The translations under genes were made by a program, and so were the position numbers. The notes below the pieces were generated by a model, which saw only the letters and a program-made list of their open reading frames with translations, had not been told where the DNA came from and searched no databases. Shown here piece after piece: positions 41,701 to 56,700 of a stretch of 64,000 bases of DNA; the first letter of the stretch is position 1, and the number at the start of each line of letters is the position of its first letter. This DNA comes from Balanoglossus misakiensis (taxonomy: Eukaryota; Animalia; Hemichordata), in contig CM082598.2 in assembly GCA_040954595.2 (NCBI GenBank), positions 5,347,097 to 5,411,096 of the forward strand. The letters run 5' to 3'.

Positions 41701-44700
41701 TTCAAGAAATTCATTTTCCAGAACTGATGATCATGCAGTAACAGTGTACGACAACTTGCATTTTTTAAAGTTTACATTTTAAAATATCTTGGTTGAATTA
41801 CTTTTCAAGCTTTTCTATGAGTCAGTTTCATTGTTCGCAAGACATCAAGGGCCCTTCAGAAATGTCATCAACAAGGCTATCCAAACATATTCAAAATGGA
41901 CTCTTTCAAGAACGGTGATTTCCAGAGATCACTGTCAAACTGAGTATGGAGAAGTTGACAAAAGACCGCCATGTTACAGATCAATGTATTTCTCCAATCA
42001 GAGAAGCTAATTAATGCTAATTTATCAAGTAATTACTAAGTCTGCCATGCCTCATTACCTATACATACAAGGTCTCATTAATTACGTATGCTCTCATTTC
42101 ACAAGCATATGTTGCAGAGCCTATACTCACCCTCAATGCAGATAATCTCAAACTACAGACTTCACAAAATAAACACTTCATGTCTCGGTCATTTTAGAAA
42201 ATACACCCCTCAGGGAATAAGTCTGACTTTGCTTTACAACAGTGAAAGCATTGACTGTGATATCTTTGGTGCACAAATCAACATCCCACAATTTGTACAT
42301 GTCCTATAAACCCTGACACATGGTATTGGTTTAAAGATGCAAGAGGTGCCAATTTTTGCATTATTTTCATGATATTACTTTCCAACTTAGATTGGTCCAT
42401 CTAAATAAGCTTACTGATAGGTACACATGAACATGCTATTGATGCACAATTGTGGCTGTATGTTGCAATTTAAACAAGTGATATATTAAATGGGTGCTGT
42501 TTAATCAGCCTCCATACAAAGAGTACACAACTATCGCGGTAGTGTGTAGGTTATCTCATTTCATAGCATTATATTATACGAAGAATTTCAAAAAAATGTT
42601 ATTATATAATAGTCATTTTCTGTGAATTTTACAAAAAGTGCCAAAACAGAAATGACATATTGCTTGAAATGATTTATATTTACGACTACATTGACTTGTC
42701 AGCAATGTATGTCGTATGGGACCCATACCTGCAGCCACAGACTGGAGGACCCTTACCCTCCCGGTATTAAACTCCACTAGCTGTAACTTTTAGCTATTTT
42801 TCTGGTACATTTGTTGTGTGCATCAATGATGGGCAGTTTCTTGTTTTACTCCTTTGAGAATGATGTCAAAAGTACAAGAAACTGCAGTTGATCTCAGTTG
42901 ACACACAACATATGTAAATATTGTCAAAAGTCACACCTAGTCTCTGATAGCTGCCTATCAAGTTCTGATTAAGTTGTCGATGTCCTCTCAAATAATGAAT
43001 ATTGCCAGATACATTCTTGAAATTCTCCAACTGTTATTTGAAACATTGCATGTATTCCACTTGTAACATGATATTCATATGCCATGCATGTACACGATGT
43101 AAACAGATCATTTAGAGGGACTAAGTATCTCTCTTGCTGCCCTTTTTCTATGAATTATGTTTGATACAAGACACCGTTTATGTTATTCTTCATGTGGATA
43201 TGTAGTGAAACACACAACTTCCATCCTGTGTGTATGATATGAGAGTAAAAACTCGCCCAAAATGAATAAATGGTAGAGACAGATTATTCATTTTGGCGAG
43301 TTTTTCACTCTCATGTCTACAAACGGGATGGAAGTTGTGTGTGGTCGAACGTTGATTCACTATATATCCATATGTAGAATAACATAAACTGTGTATTGTA
43401 TCAAACATAATTAATGGAAAAGGGCAGCGAGACAGAGAGACTTTGTCCCTTTAACAGTCTAGTCATGTAGTGTCGAAACATTTGGAATATTTATGAGACA
43501 GAAGAACAACAAACCCAATGTTTGTATGGTGAACACTGACAAACAATTCTTACATTCCTGCGAGAATGGTTATCTATCTATATAGAAGCTGAACAGTTTG
43601 GCATTTTATCAAAATTTCATTTACATTTTTATGGCATTGTATCAATTTATAATTTTTGTAAAATATTTTTCACGGGTCTAAGAACATCATACTTTTATAG
43701 ACTCATATTTAACACCATCACATTTAATAATCCTCACAATAAAAAATCTTATTCAGACAAGAATTTTTTTGCTTTCACACAATATGTTGTTACTTTCAGG
43801 ACAACTTTGGTGCAAAACTCACCTTTGCTCTTGTTGGAATCGTTCCAGTAGTCTCTTCATGGTTAATACGTTTGGTTTCTGCTGTTTCTAGTTCATACAC
43901 AGTGCACGTCAATTAATTTCACAGACATTTTCAGAGCACGGCAGAAAACAGTCATTTTGCACATGGTGTGGTGAACAGATCACGATTAATTAAACCACTT
44001 GCTGGAATTCCGTTTTCTTTCATAATGTAGTGATGCTGCAAGTACAATCCACCAATTTTACACCAAGCGCAACAAATCCTGTTGTCAAGTTGAAAGCACT
44101 GATATCAAACCTCCGATTACCTGGTCAAGTACATCATACAGAATTTTCAGCACAGGAAAACCTTCATGCTTAGACACACCTGTGTTTTGAGCAAACACCT
44201 CTATCTGTGTGGACACCAAAGTCCACTGATAGACAGAAGATGCCACCCCTTGTCCTATTGCACCTCATGTTTGCTTAACCTCTGACCTCTACCCTGGTGA
44301 ACATGTCGGATGATCTTGTGGTTACAAGTTACAATCCTTCCAGAACAACATGCCTACGCAGACAGATGCCAAGTTCACATAGGGTAAAATTTGAGACACT
44401 ATTTCCCTATAGCATTAATTCTTTGAGTCGCGTTGTGTCCAATCACACAAAGTTTGCGTACAATACGCACTGAGGCTCGGCCCCATAGACAATGGGTTGT
44501 AGAGATTATCCTTACACCAGTTCAGGTCTGGCCGGCAAAGCCGTCTCAAATCTGAGACATTTCAGGACCACTTAAACCAATACACACACAATAATTTACG
44601 CCAGTATTTGATCTAAGACATTTCAGAACCGTCTTAGTGGTCCCTGTGTGATCCCCATAAGATATTCCATTCCAACTTCCATGACAAAAACTGTCAAATT

Positions 44701-47700
44701 ATCAATGAAACCCACAAAACACACAAAAACGTACCTGTGATCTTACACCACTCTGAATGGTGTCAATGACATCACATAACATACCACCACTCAAACTATT
44801 GTCCGCAAAAAGTGGCTTATACATCAGTAACTATAAACAACTGGAGTGCTTGCTACTTGTCACAAAGAAAACTGTTTCACGAATGAAAACCTACAGCTGA
44901 TAATCACAGCTATTTACAGACAGTCAATAGCTCAAAGGCCTATGAAGATGATTAGACCATTTAAGTCATTAGGACTATCTCTAGTTATCTAGTACCTACG
45001 GCAAATACTGTAAAACGCAAAATTTTCACGACAGGAATTTTTGCGATTGAATAGAGGTGACAATTTCATGACAATTAATTTTCGCTTTCTCTTATTTCAA
45101 CTTCATCAATACATTACATACCAGTACAGTGTGGGCTTGATTAATTGCATTAGTGATATACAAGCAATACATTTTAGAACATAAGTCGTTAATTTTGGCA
45201 ATGTGTACACAGAAAACACTATTTGATACAGAATTGCAGGGCACACTGGAACAAGCATTAACGGGCCTACTATTAAATTTAATAGGACTATACCCACTAC
45301 ACACATATGTTGTTGATTCTGAAAGTTTACTTTTACACTGCAGGTCCATTCCAGGTATAGTTACTGATCAATTACGGAATTCACCGTATGTGCATGTCAA
45401 TTTCATTGCCTCTGGTCTTTGACTGACAAGTACAATAGACTAGACGGTATTTATGGAGGGGGAGAGCGTGGTTGATGTGCTGTGTGTTTGTCTTGGCTTC
45501 TGGGTGAGACAAGATTGTCTTTCATCTACACATGTACCATGTTACTGGATACATTGTTTATGGGTGGACTTCATTCTTGTCTTTTCAAAGGCCATGCAAT
45601 GGATGAGTGTGCCACCCTATCTGATCACAAAGGTTCGCGTTTAAAGCGCCTAGCTCGTCTCACACGCATGTTCCAGCTGTAGCTGCTGGTTACAGCCGTT
45701 TAGTGAACAGTCAATCCCATAAGGCAGTGCTCTGTCCTAACAACAGAGAAGATGGCGGCGACCATAATCTGTGTCGGAGATCGGGAAAAGACACTAGCTT
45801 GGGTGAAAAGGAGGGTCAAAACCAGAATCTACTTATACGGTGCGCATGAAATATGGAAGGAAGCGAAGGCAGTCCACTATTTGAATCAATGCATCGAACG
45901 GAAAATTGGCTGGGAAGTTACGTGCATGTGCGTGAGACGATCTATTGCCTTTAAAGGGAAGCGGTTGATAAATGTGGTGCCTACCCTACATGTATATTTA
46001 CATTTTTTGTCATACTGTCATCTCCATATGAGCAAGAGTAGAAACTGAAAGAATTTAAAATACTGTAAAACATGTTATTTTCGCGACAGGAAATTTTCGC
46101 GATATCAAATGAGGCCACTGTTTTGCGAGTATTAATTTTCGCGTTCTCTTATTTCATTTACTGCATTGTTATCTCAAAAAAAACTTATACGCGACTTTTA
46201 TTTTCACGTTATTTTGGCTCTCGCGTATTTTGCGAAAATTTATTGCTCGCGAAAATAAAGTGTTTTACAGTATAATGTTCATTTTGTAGCTGACAGGTAC
46301 ATGTACTAGATCTACAAATCAGTCTTAGCACCCAAAAAAAAGTCTAAAGAGCACGTACTCCACAAACACTTAACATAACATTAAAACAAACTGACATCGA
46401 TTTAGAAAACCGATCTGGACTATTGTGAAAAGTGGGCTCTTACTTGTCATTTCTGCTGCACAGTCAATAATACCTGTTTCTCATGAAGTGTTCATTTGTT
46501 TACACTGTGCAGAATTACAACATCAAGCATGTGAGCTGTATTTGTCTTTCCGACGGCAAATTATGGTCGTATTTAACATGTAAATACATGAGAAATATAT
46601 GGGCTGGGTGTATTTTACTAAGTATACATATAGCAAGCTTGTAAAATGTGCAGCAGATTTGCAAGCTATCACAACTTTCATCACTAATATACCGTAAAAC
46701 ACTTTATTTTCGCGAGCAATAAATTTTTGCCAAATACGCGAGAGCCAAAATAGCATGAAAATAAAAAGTCGCGTTATTTTTTTTTTAAGATAACGATGCA
46801 GTGAATGAAATAAGAGAACGTGATAATTAATACGCTCGAAACAGTGGCCTCTCTCGATATCGCGAAAATTTCAACTCGCGAAAATAAAGTGTTTTACAGT
46901 ATGACACAAGTGTCGCTGTAAATAGGGCATATCACTATACTGACTTTGACATGTTATATCAAATCACTATTCGTTAAAGAATTCACATCAATATGTCAGG
47001 ACTTTGACCAAATATTGCTTCAAAATTAAACTAAACTATGAGGTATCACCATGATATTTCTGTAACAAGTTCATCAACTGATCGAATGATATATGTCTCT
47101 TGTGATGTTTTCTGTAGTTGATTAAAATTAAAATCAGTCACCGGTTTTGGTTTTGTTATTTTATACATGACTAACCAGCAAAAGCATGTTACGATATCAA
47201 CACTTTCACTTGTAACATTACACTCAGACAGACCAGCTGATATGTAATACATGTAGGATGTAGAATCCCACACATATCACACATACACTATTTCTATGTC
47301 TATCTGCAGTCAAGCATACATTGTAATTCACATTCATGTGGTCTGCATTACAGAGGTCAAGGGTCGAAAAGGTTAGTGACACTTCTTGAACTGGGTTGGA
47401 GAGGTTAAGACCCAACATTTGTGACAAGAATTAAATGCAGTTACTTTTCCAAAGGTTCACTGGCCGCACAAGGAATATAGCAACAATATTAAGATCACTG
47501 TAAAACATTTTATTTTCGCGAGTTTATTAATTTTCGTGTTCTTTTATTTCATTCACTGCACCGCTATCTTAAAAAAAAATTACGCGACTTTTTATTTTCT
47601 CGCTACTTTGGCTCTCACGTAATTAACGAAAATTTATTGCTCGCGAAAATAAAGTGTTTTACAGTATTTTTCCCACTGATAATTTGAAACCCTGGCCATG

Positions 47701-50700
47701 TATATCCACTTCAAATGATTGCTTCTCGTTTCTGTGAAAACACCTGTTTAATTCCAAGTCATTTATCGCAGCTGATCTACTGTAACTTCTGCTAATGGGC
47801 AGCTATTTCCATGTTGATTGAAGGTTATGTGCAGATAAGCCACTCAATTATTGTGGATTATTAACATGAGAAACCTTCCTGACTGACAAGCCAGCACGTT
47901 ACAATACAAGCAAGTTGAAAGTTGTCATTTCAATATAGTAATCATGAGATAGACTATGTATTGATGATTGACACAATACAACCTTAAGAAATTTATCTTC
48001 TCTCATCTTTGATAAATTCAACATGTAGAATAACATGCACAGTGTCTTGTATCAAACATAATTAATGGAAAATGGGCAGCGAGAAAGAGACTTTGTTCCT
48101 TTAACATGATGAGATATGGCGACTGACCAATCTTTACAAGGCTTGTATTTTTTTCACAGCAACACATCAGACTGTTCTAAGAACCAGTTCTTTGACTTAC
48201 TGAGTGATGTGTTAACATATTAGGATTCCTGACAAGAGCTTGGCAAATAGTATTCTTTCAAGAATGGTGGCATGACTATTGTACTCAAACAATGGAAGAA
48301 TTCGAACAATGTCCCCAGGACCATCATTTGCAGCTTAAATTTCCCTCTTCAGTTCTTTCTTGACATCTTAAATCACAACTTTTTATAATTTGATAATTGC
48401 CCACATTCTATATGTCTCAAAAATCCCTAGTTTCAAATTCAATACAAATACATGTATGTGAATATGGTATCCAACCATACTGTCATCACCAGCTGTTCGC
48501 TTGAATTGTCAACGTTTTTGTCACCATGGAATTATCTTAACAAACTCCCAAATGAATGAAAAGTTGTGTATAATTCCTCCATTTGTACATATCAGGCACA
48601 AACCCCACATTTCATAATGTTTGCTTACAATCAATATATAAATGTCACAAACATCTGTCTGCCACAACTCAGATTACTGACAGGCCCCTGTACCTACATG
48701 TATGGTGTGGCTGCCTTCTCTAAAACACTTCTAAATGTGTGTGAGCTCTTTCTAGTTTTTTTTATGTTAGTAAATTTACCAATAAGGTTTGAAAATATGT
48801 ATGCGTATTATTAGGATATGTACTGCTTTGTATTAATATTGTTTCTATCATGTAATCATGAAGTACAATAAAGAACGAGTAAATTTGCAGCTAATGCTAC
48901 ACTTTCCCTGGGCTACATACACACACGTTGGCAGTGTTCCAGCTCTTATATTAAACATTTCAAGCCACCTTTAAAAATAAAGCTCTTTTCTGAATTCACA
49001 ATGGATTGGCTGAAAAATGGTTTGTTAAGAACTGACATTGTTGAATGCACTGTCTTGATATATGATGTCCAGCAAATCTTTTCTACTCATTTGCACACAG
49101 GTATGTACAATAAAGCCCAATATATTAATGTTACAATTCTCCCTACCTTAATTAAATAGGTTTTAAGCTACCTAAGTGAGTGATGAAAATCTTACACGGT
49201 CGACACAATTTCAAGATGGCCAATTTTTGCCATGTTTTAATAGGAAATGGGCATTCATAAGCTAAAGTGTTACTGGACTGGATCATTATGAAACTTTTAA
49301 CAGAATGTTGCGACATATCTGAAAAAGTTGGTTGAGTTTCATATGCTGACTACAAAGACAGAAATTTTTGACAAAAGGAAGTCATGAAATACAGTCAATA
49401 TAATCATTTCTTCTATCTCTTACTACTGTGAGTTGTCGATTTTTTACCCAGAATGCATTACAATGTGATTTGACCCGCTAGCACAAAGTGAAAACCTATT
49501 TAAGGCAGACTGAATTATAATGAAAGACATTTTATATACGTGAATTGTGAAACTAAAGCTTCCTTTTACTAAATAATACACTGCTGTAAAGGCCAGGGGG
49601 TCTGCCATAATTACATTACTTTCTGTGACATATTTCCTCTTCTAAATTGACTGCAAATTGAGTTACGCCTCAGAAACCAGAGGAATTCTACTAAAACACA
49701 AACACCACTTAGTCATACGTGTCCATTGTAGATTTTACAACAGCTGACCAATTGTTTAAATATCAAAGGGTTAAATTCTAACAACTTCAGCATTCATTTG
49801 CTGTTTGCCAAAACACACACAGGTAACTTGTAGAATAGCATTTATTTAGACTGTATCCCTACAAGTTATTAAATGTTATTCCCTCCAGTGACAATTCCAT
49901 TTTAATCACAAATCAAATTGGTCAAGTCAAGAATTAGTCATTATTTTTGTGTATTTTTGTTTAAGGTGGTACCCAGGTATATGTTACCGTGGTTCCCCTG
50001 TCATTTTATACCAAGGGTTCCCCTTTGTTCATCAATGCAGTTGTTTTTACGGGCAGCTAACACACATGTTATCTGGGCTCTTAAATCATTTACCGATCTT
50101 CCCTGAACATCCAAAGGCAAAACCCATTCAAAGGTAGTTGCTCAGGTAATAATGGTACAGATAATTTCACTCAAAGTAGTTCACACAAAACATCAACCGT
50201 ATTGAAATCCAACTTATACAACAATACACATGCTTGACAAGGAGTTGAGAAGTCTTGAAAAAAAAATACAGACTTCTTGGAAATATGGAAACATGTCACC
50301 TGACCAAATCCTCTGACAACTTTCCCAAGATACAAACTGCAAGTTTGACACATTCTTGACCAGGAAGTATTAAAGGCCATTCTCATTGATCAATAACATA
50401 ATGGAGATATTAAACCACTGACATTGAGCCATCTATATTCCTGATGTGGAGAAAGTTGACTCGGAAATTTGACAGAAATCATCTTCCTTATTCAGTGTTT
50501 TGAAAGAAAAAACAGACTTACATGTAGCAATATCCCGGTACAGACACTGGAGATCACAAACGAAACATGGAAAATGAGACAACCGAATGGATGAAATATA
50601 TATGTCCAGGACCTGCAAGTTCTGCCTTATAGCACCCGAAACCAATGCATACTTGATCTGGGCTGCCAATCTGGTATGGTATGGTTCAATTCACAGTCTA

Positions 50701-53700
50701 TGACACTACATCACTCTGCAGAACGGCTAACCCACAAAGTCCAGTGAAATCAACCGGGAAGAATTCTACATCCAAATCCACTATACGGTACTCGAAGTCA
50801 GTTGAACATATATCATCAAGGTGTTGGAAGTTACAATGCTATTCCAGACAGTTCCACCCACCCTTTAGCATATACACCCGCTGTTGTAAATGCTGGCTAC
50901 TCTCCCTCTGGGAAGGGTTGATCTGGCATCACTAGAGGGCAGAATACATTTCATAAAGAACGAAAACTTCTGTTTTCTGTACCTTTTAGTCATATAAGAA
51001 GTACTGACAAACAAGTTTTGAAAGTCAGCATCTTAAAACTGAAAGCCAGCAATTGACTGTATTACCAGAAATATTCCTTAGAAGTTTACCTTGTGTTCTG
51101 TTTACCTATTGGTGTACTGTCTATCTATTGGTATCTTTCAAAATACAACCTCTCATCAATCAATGACTCACAATGAATCAAAGCTTTAAAATCCAACCTT
51201 CCATCTATCCATGACTTAACAATGAACTAACCCAGCACAATATGTCTGTATCAAATCTAGTGTTTCATCAAGGGCTAAGTCATTATTTCGTTGTGGCTTG
51301 ACTGCACTGTCATTGTCAATTCCTAATTCACATCAGGGTCTGTTACATACCGTATGCATGTAAGATTACTTTTGAAGCCCCCTGGGAACTCCAACTCTGT
51401 ACTACTGTAAAACGGGTTATTTTCGCGACAGGAAATTTTCGCGACATCACGAGGCAACTGTTACGCAAGGATTAATTTTTGCATTCGCGTATTGCACTAA
51501 CTGCATCGTTACCTCCAAAAAAACATTTGACTTTTTTTATTTTCACGATTGTTGGCTTTGACATATTTTGCGAAAATTTATTGCTCGCGAAAATAACCTG
51601 TTTTACAGTATTCTCTCCATACAGGGCATATCAACTGTGGGAACAAAATTGACTTGAAATTACCGGGGATCTACCTGTAAATCAACATGACTCTAAAAAG
51701 AGGAAGAGATATTTCTTTCTCTATGAGTGGCCGAGATAAGCATGGATGAGAGGTTTCACATACACTTAAAATGTCAGTTAAAATTCCAGTACATTCAAAA
51801 CCGTGTGAGGAAAAACTTTTGATCAACACATGTAAACTCAAGGACAGCTGAGTAATATTTCTCCACAAACATTTTTCCGAATCAAATACAGAATCATTTT
51901 TTTATAGAATTTATCTATCAGACTGAGTTAAATTTTCGACTGATTTCCCAGATTTCGAACACATCTCCTTGACTATATGTTTGGACTATGACGGTCTTGC
52001 CAGGACCTTCAAACTGTGGGTTTAGTTGAATGGGTCAACCCATTATAGTCTTAATTGATAGTATTCATTCAACCATTTGCATTTCTGGTGCATACATGTT
52101 GCTGTATACATCATTGCAGTGTTTCATCTAGACGAGGGGATTCACCCTTGTTGACATGTCAGCACCCTCTAGTAATTTGTCAAGGGGGACCAGTAACCCT
52201 TAAAAGTGCACAGTAACCTGTTTTGTGTGGGAGAGATATTTTTTGGCCAGAGCAACTACTGAGAATACATTATTGGCAGCAAGGCTGTGATGTCAAACTT
52301 CATCAAATCTAACATCATTTTATACAAATTGTCCTACATAAAAGAAAACTCAACTTTTAATTTTACTCAGTTGAAATGAACCTTCTACTCTAATAAAGAG
52401 GAAAACATACACACACAATGTCTCATACAAATCTCAGATTTTCCCTTTCACACATAGTGTTCTCCATCAATCATCTCTGTCCATTCTCAACAGAACAGAA
52501 CACCTCTGCACTATTCTGCCCTGCTAGTCATTCGCCTGCAACTCACATGCACAACCATTCATTCTAATGCATCATACTTGAATCACACACCCCCATCCCC
52601 ACCGAAACCCCCAAATACCCCACAAAAACACACACTTCACCTCAGAACCTTTCCAACATTCAAAAAGAACATCCTTTCTCACATTCCTGGCACGCTGAGA
52701 GTGTGGTATCAGAGTGTGAGAACAAATTGATCTCACACTCTCACTGAATCGAAAGCTGTATATGACGCGAGTGCTGATTGGATGGGAAATCGTTCTTTCA
52801 TAATGCGCGCTAAATGTTATCCAATGGCGCGATGTGTATTACACGGACAGAAACTACAACATGCCAGACGACAATTTCAGAGTCAACTATTCATTGTTTC
52901 TAATACGAATTTGGCTAATTTGTGGTCGTGTGAGAAATATAACCTCACACACCAAGGACCTGGGATCATATTTCTCACACTCGTTGGGGATCGATATTTC
53001 ATCCCAAAGTCACCTGCAGCTCGTGTGGGACAGAAAATCCCCAACTCGAGTGAGAAATACGATCCCAGGTCCTTGGGAGTGTGAGATTCTATTACTCACT
53101 CCCTCACACACATCATCGCACCACGCTCACCTTTTCTGTACTTTTCTGGTAACACCCAGTGACTTCAGCATGTTGTCTGTTAACGTTGGAGTGACCGGTG
53201 ACGGTGGTGTTTCATCCGGAGTCTTGGCTTCATTCGGTTCCGCCAGTGACGTGTCCGATTCCGCACTCTCTCCTTCTTTGGCACTCTCGGTTTCTGAGGC
53301 CTCCGACAACTCCGGCATTCTGAACTTCAAATCTCTCTTCTTCTGGAGTTTGTTCTCCTGCAACACAGAGAAATCAATAATCAATAATCAATCAATTTTC
53401 TTCCTCCTTTAAGGATGTACATTCAGTAAAATTGAAAGTATTATCATTTCTTTATACTGTGGATTTTTTTGGATTCTCATTTGTATGTATAATACAAATC
53501 AGAAATAAAATATAGGGGTCAACACGCTTGTTTTTGAAATACAGAGCCATGAATTTAGTGGATTATAGAAGAAAACTGCTGACTCAGCATTTTTCACCAG
53601 TGGTTTGTCCATGGGCAAAATTTTTAATGCAATTTATCTCAAAATAGAGCGTGGTGACCCCTATATTTTATTTGACCAATGAATTTATATTTGCTGGACT

Positions 53701-56700
53701 GAGCTTTGTGTGAAATTTCGTGAAAATGACAATAGTAGAAGTTTGTTTTCTGGCGATTATTAATGTAATCCTATGGGAAAGAGACACATGCGCACTGTTT
53801 ACCAGTGTACGTTCTGTGCGTACATCCTTAACTTGATTTCCTTCATGTAAACTTGATTTTTATAGAGGAGAAATCAATAGAAAAATCAACATTTATAGAT
53901 TTTGCAGTTGTACGTTAACTCTTTCACCTTGGTTTCCATGTATATTGGAATATCTATATTGGGATATCATAAATCTATCTCAGGTCTAGGTATATTAGAC
54001 ATGGCTAAGAAATCAAAAACAGGATATTACAGGATTATTGGTAAAATGTCAACCACCTTAAGTTGAAAGGTGATCAGAAAGCAGAAGTACTTTTTTAAAG
54101 GCCCAGAACTCTGCAGCTTGTCCACACAGCATGTAGGTAGTACACAAGCATTCAAACAGAGTATTACAGTCAAACCTGTGTTATTGGCCACCTCTATATA
54201 GTGGCCACTTTGTTACGGTCCCTGTGCAACTATCATGTACATGTACATTAAAGGGACAAAGTGTCTCTCACTGCCCTTTTTCCGTTAATTATGTTAGATA
54301 CAAGACACTGTTTATGTTATTCTACATGTGTATATGTAGTAAATCAACGTTCGACCACATACAACTTCTATCCCGTTTGTAGGATATGAGAGTAAAATCT
54401 CGCCCAATATGAGTAAATGGTAGAGTCGGATTATTTATTTTGGCGAGTTTTTTTCACTAATAAGTGAGACACAATATTTGACTTGCCATCTTGTTAAAAT
54501 GACTGACATGCTGGGAATCCAACACCCAATTGATCTTAGACCAAGAGCTTTGTGTAGATGACAAAAATACCAATTTTAAATACCAAAAGTCACAACTTTG
54601 CCCTACGTGAAGAATAAACAATAAACAGCAAGATACCTGAACTGCTGTGGTGTTGTGGTTAAGCATCCCTGGTTGGAAGTTACATTGGTCATGAAAGAGT
54701 CCGTCCTCATGACAGGCTGACGGCATTTCTGAACGACCGCACTTGTCAGCAGAGCATTCGAAACTAGCCTCAGAATGAGATATTTTCTGCTCATCTCCAG
54801 CGAGACATTTCTGTTGATTGTTCTCGGACAACATCTCGGAAGTTCCACATGAACTTTGCTCATTGATGGTTCCAAAGAAATACTTCAATCTTTGCAGTAT
54901 TTCTTCAACTTCTTCAATTTTCTCATAAAATACGCTGCCTTGGTTTTCCCTGAACAACCTTTGCTCTATTGGGAGGTCTACACTTCTGTCTAATTCTGGG
55001 AAACACAACTTATTGAAATCTGTTTCCTGAGAATTCTCCTTTTGGTTATAATCTTTCTTGTCAGAGGTAGCAGGTACAATATTTTGTGTCTTGACCATAA
55101 AAGGTTGCTTGGCAACAGCTTGTTCGGTTTCTTTGACAACACTGTCAAACACAGGCAGTTCTGAAGCGAGAGCTGGTATTTCTCCTACCTCCAATCTTGG
55201 TGACTCTGTGGAACTCCCTGATAATGCCGCTGTAGAATTCGGATCTCTGATATCGACAGCTGCATCTGTGTTACCTTTCATCAGTGTAGACACTGAGATT
55301 TGCCCTTCTGGTGATATCGACTTCGTCTGCACATGGCCACAATTAGGACCGACCGGATCAATACATTCTGCGGTTGCCGTCGGTTTCACATCCTCTTTGT
55401 TGTCATCAGCCGTCTTCGATTCGCCATGACGACGCATCGTTTCAACATTTTGTCTCTTCTCAGCGTTCATCTCCAAGTCTTCCTCCACACAGTTGATCGA
55501 TAATCCGTCATCGTTTGGATGGAGTGAATTCATCACTGATTTTTCCGTAGTATTGATCTGTCTGGGAATTTCAACATCTGTTTGGATAGAGGAGGCATAT
55601 GTAGCATTCTCCAAACGTTGACACTCATTCAATTCTCCCTGTTTGCTGCACTTGTCTCCTTGTGTATTCACATGTTTTTCAGACTCCGAATGTGTCTCCA
55701 TTCTGGGGTCAACAAACTTCTGCTTGCCCCTGAAAGGAGTTATGGCATCACTTCTCATCACCAAATATTCACTTTCCTCCCGCTTCTGTTCAACTTGGTT
55801 GCCGTCATTCTCACCATCAATACTTCGAGTACCGTCATTCGACGAATGGTCAACTACATGTAGTTGACCCTCTTCCTCAAGTTCTGCTGATCTCTTGGTT
55901 CTTAACTGATCACCACTACTGCGTACGACTGCTATATGACATGACTCTTCAGTTTTGATCAGGTCAGACTTCATTCCCAACGCAGTGCTCGCATATACTG
56001 GCTCTTCATCGATACACAGTGACTGTAGAACTTGTGGTGCAGTTTTGCCTAATTTGTTGCTATCCATAGATTCCGACAAAACACCAGTGAATACAGAAGC
56101 AGCAATTCCTGTATACGTTTCTGCAGCTTGGCTTTCCGAGTCATCTGTGAGAAGTGCGAGACTCTCACAGTCAGACAGTTCTGACAGTGCATACACACCA
56201 CTGTCGATTTGTGACACCTCATCTTCAGAAAGGCAAACATCGCTTGGTTCAAAGAAGACCGTTCTGCCATCGTGAAATCTTTCATCATCCAGACTGGACC
56301 GAGATACTTCAGAATCTCCACACTGTCCGTTCTGCAACTCTTCTCTAGTGAGATTGTAGTCAACATTGACAGCGTCTTCTCCAGTCGTTCTATGGCTCAT
56401 ATCACATCCACGATCTTCATGGAAAGTACCCACTGTTTCTCTATAACCGGTATCTCCACTGCTACAAGTAACAAGTTTAGCACGTACCTTACTGTAAAAA
56501 ACACGACTGTTTTTGTCACTGTAGTTAGTTCCATCACTGATGCGGCTCTCTGCTTCACCATCCTGTCGGACATGGTCCAATGTACCTCTCTTATTACAGT
56601 TGTCATGGTAACCACCCACTGTGCCACTGCTTCCAGAACCACTCTCATCACTATCGGGATAATCTCCACTTCTGAAATCATAAGCGTCGTCCAGATGTTT

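Noticed and set aside
24620-41740. Other CTGATGA matches (~24626, ~41724) as hammerheads
   Set aside because: No stem II plus GAAA arrangement follows.
36998-43408. Repeated MFDTRH..-type ORFs
   Set aside because: Translations of non-coding family B MITE copies; no transposase motifs.
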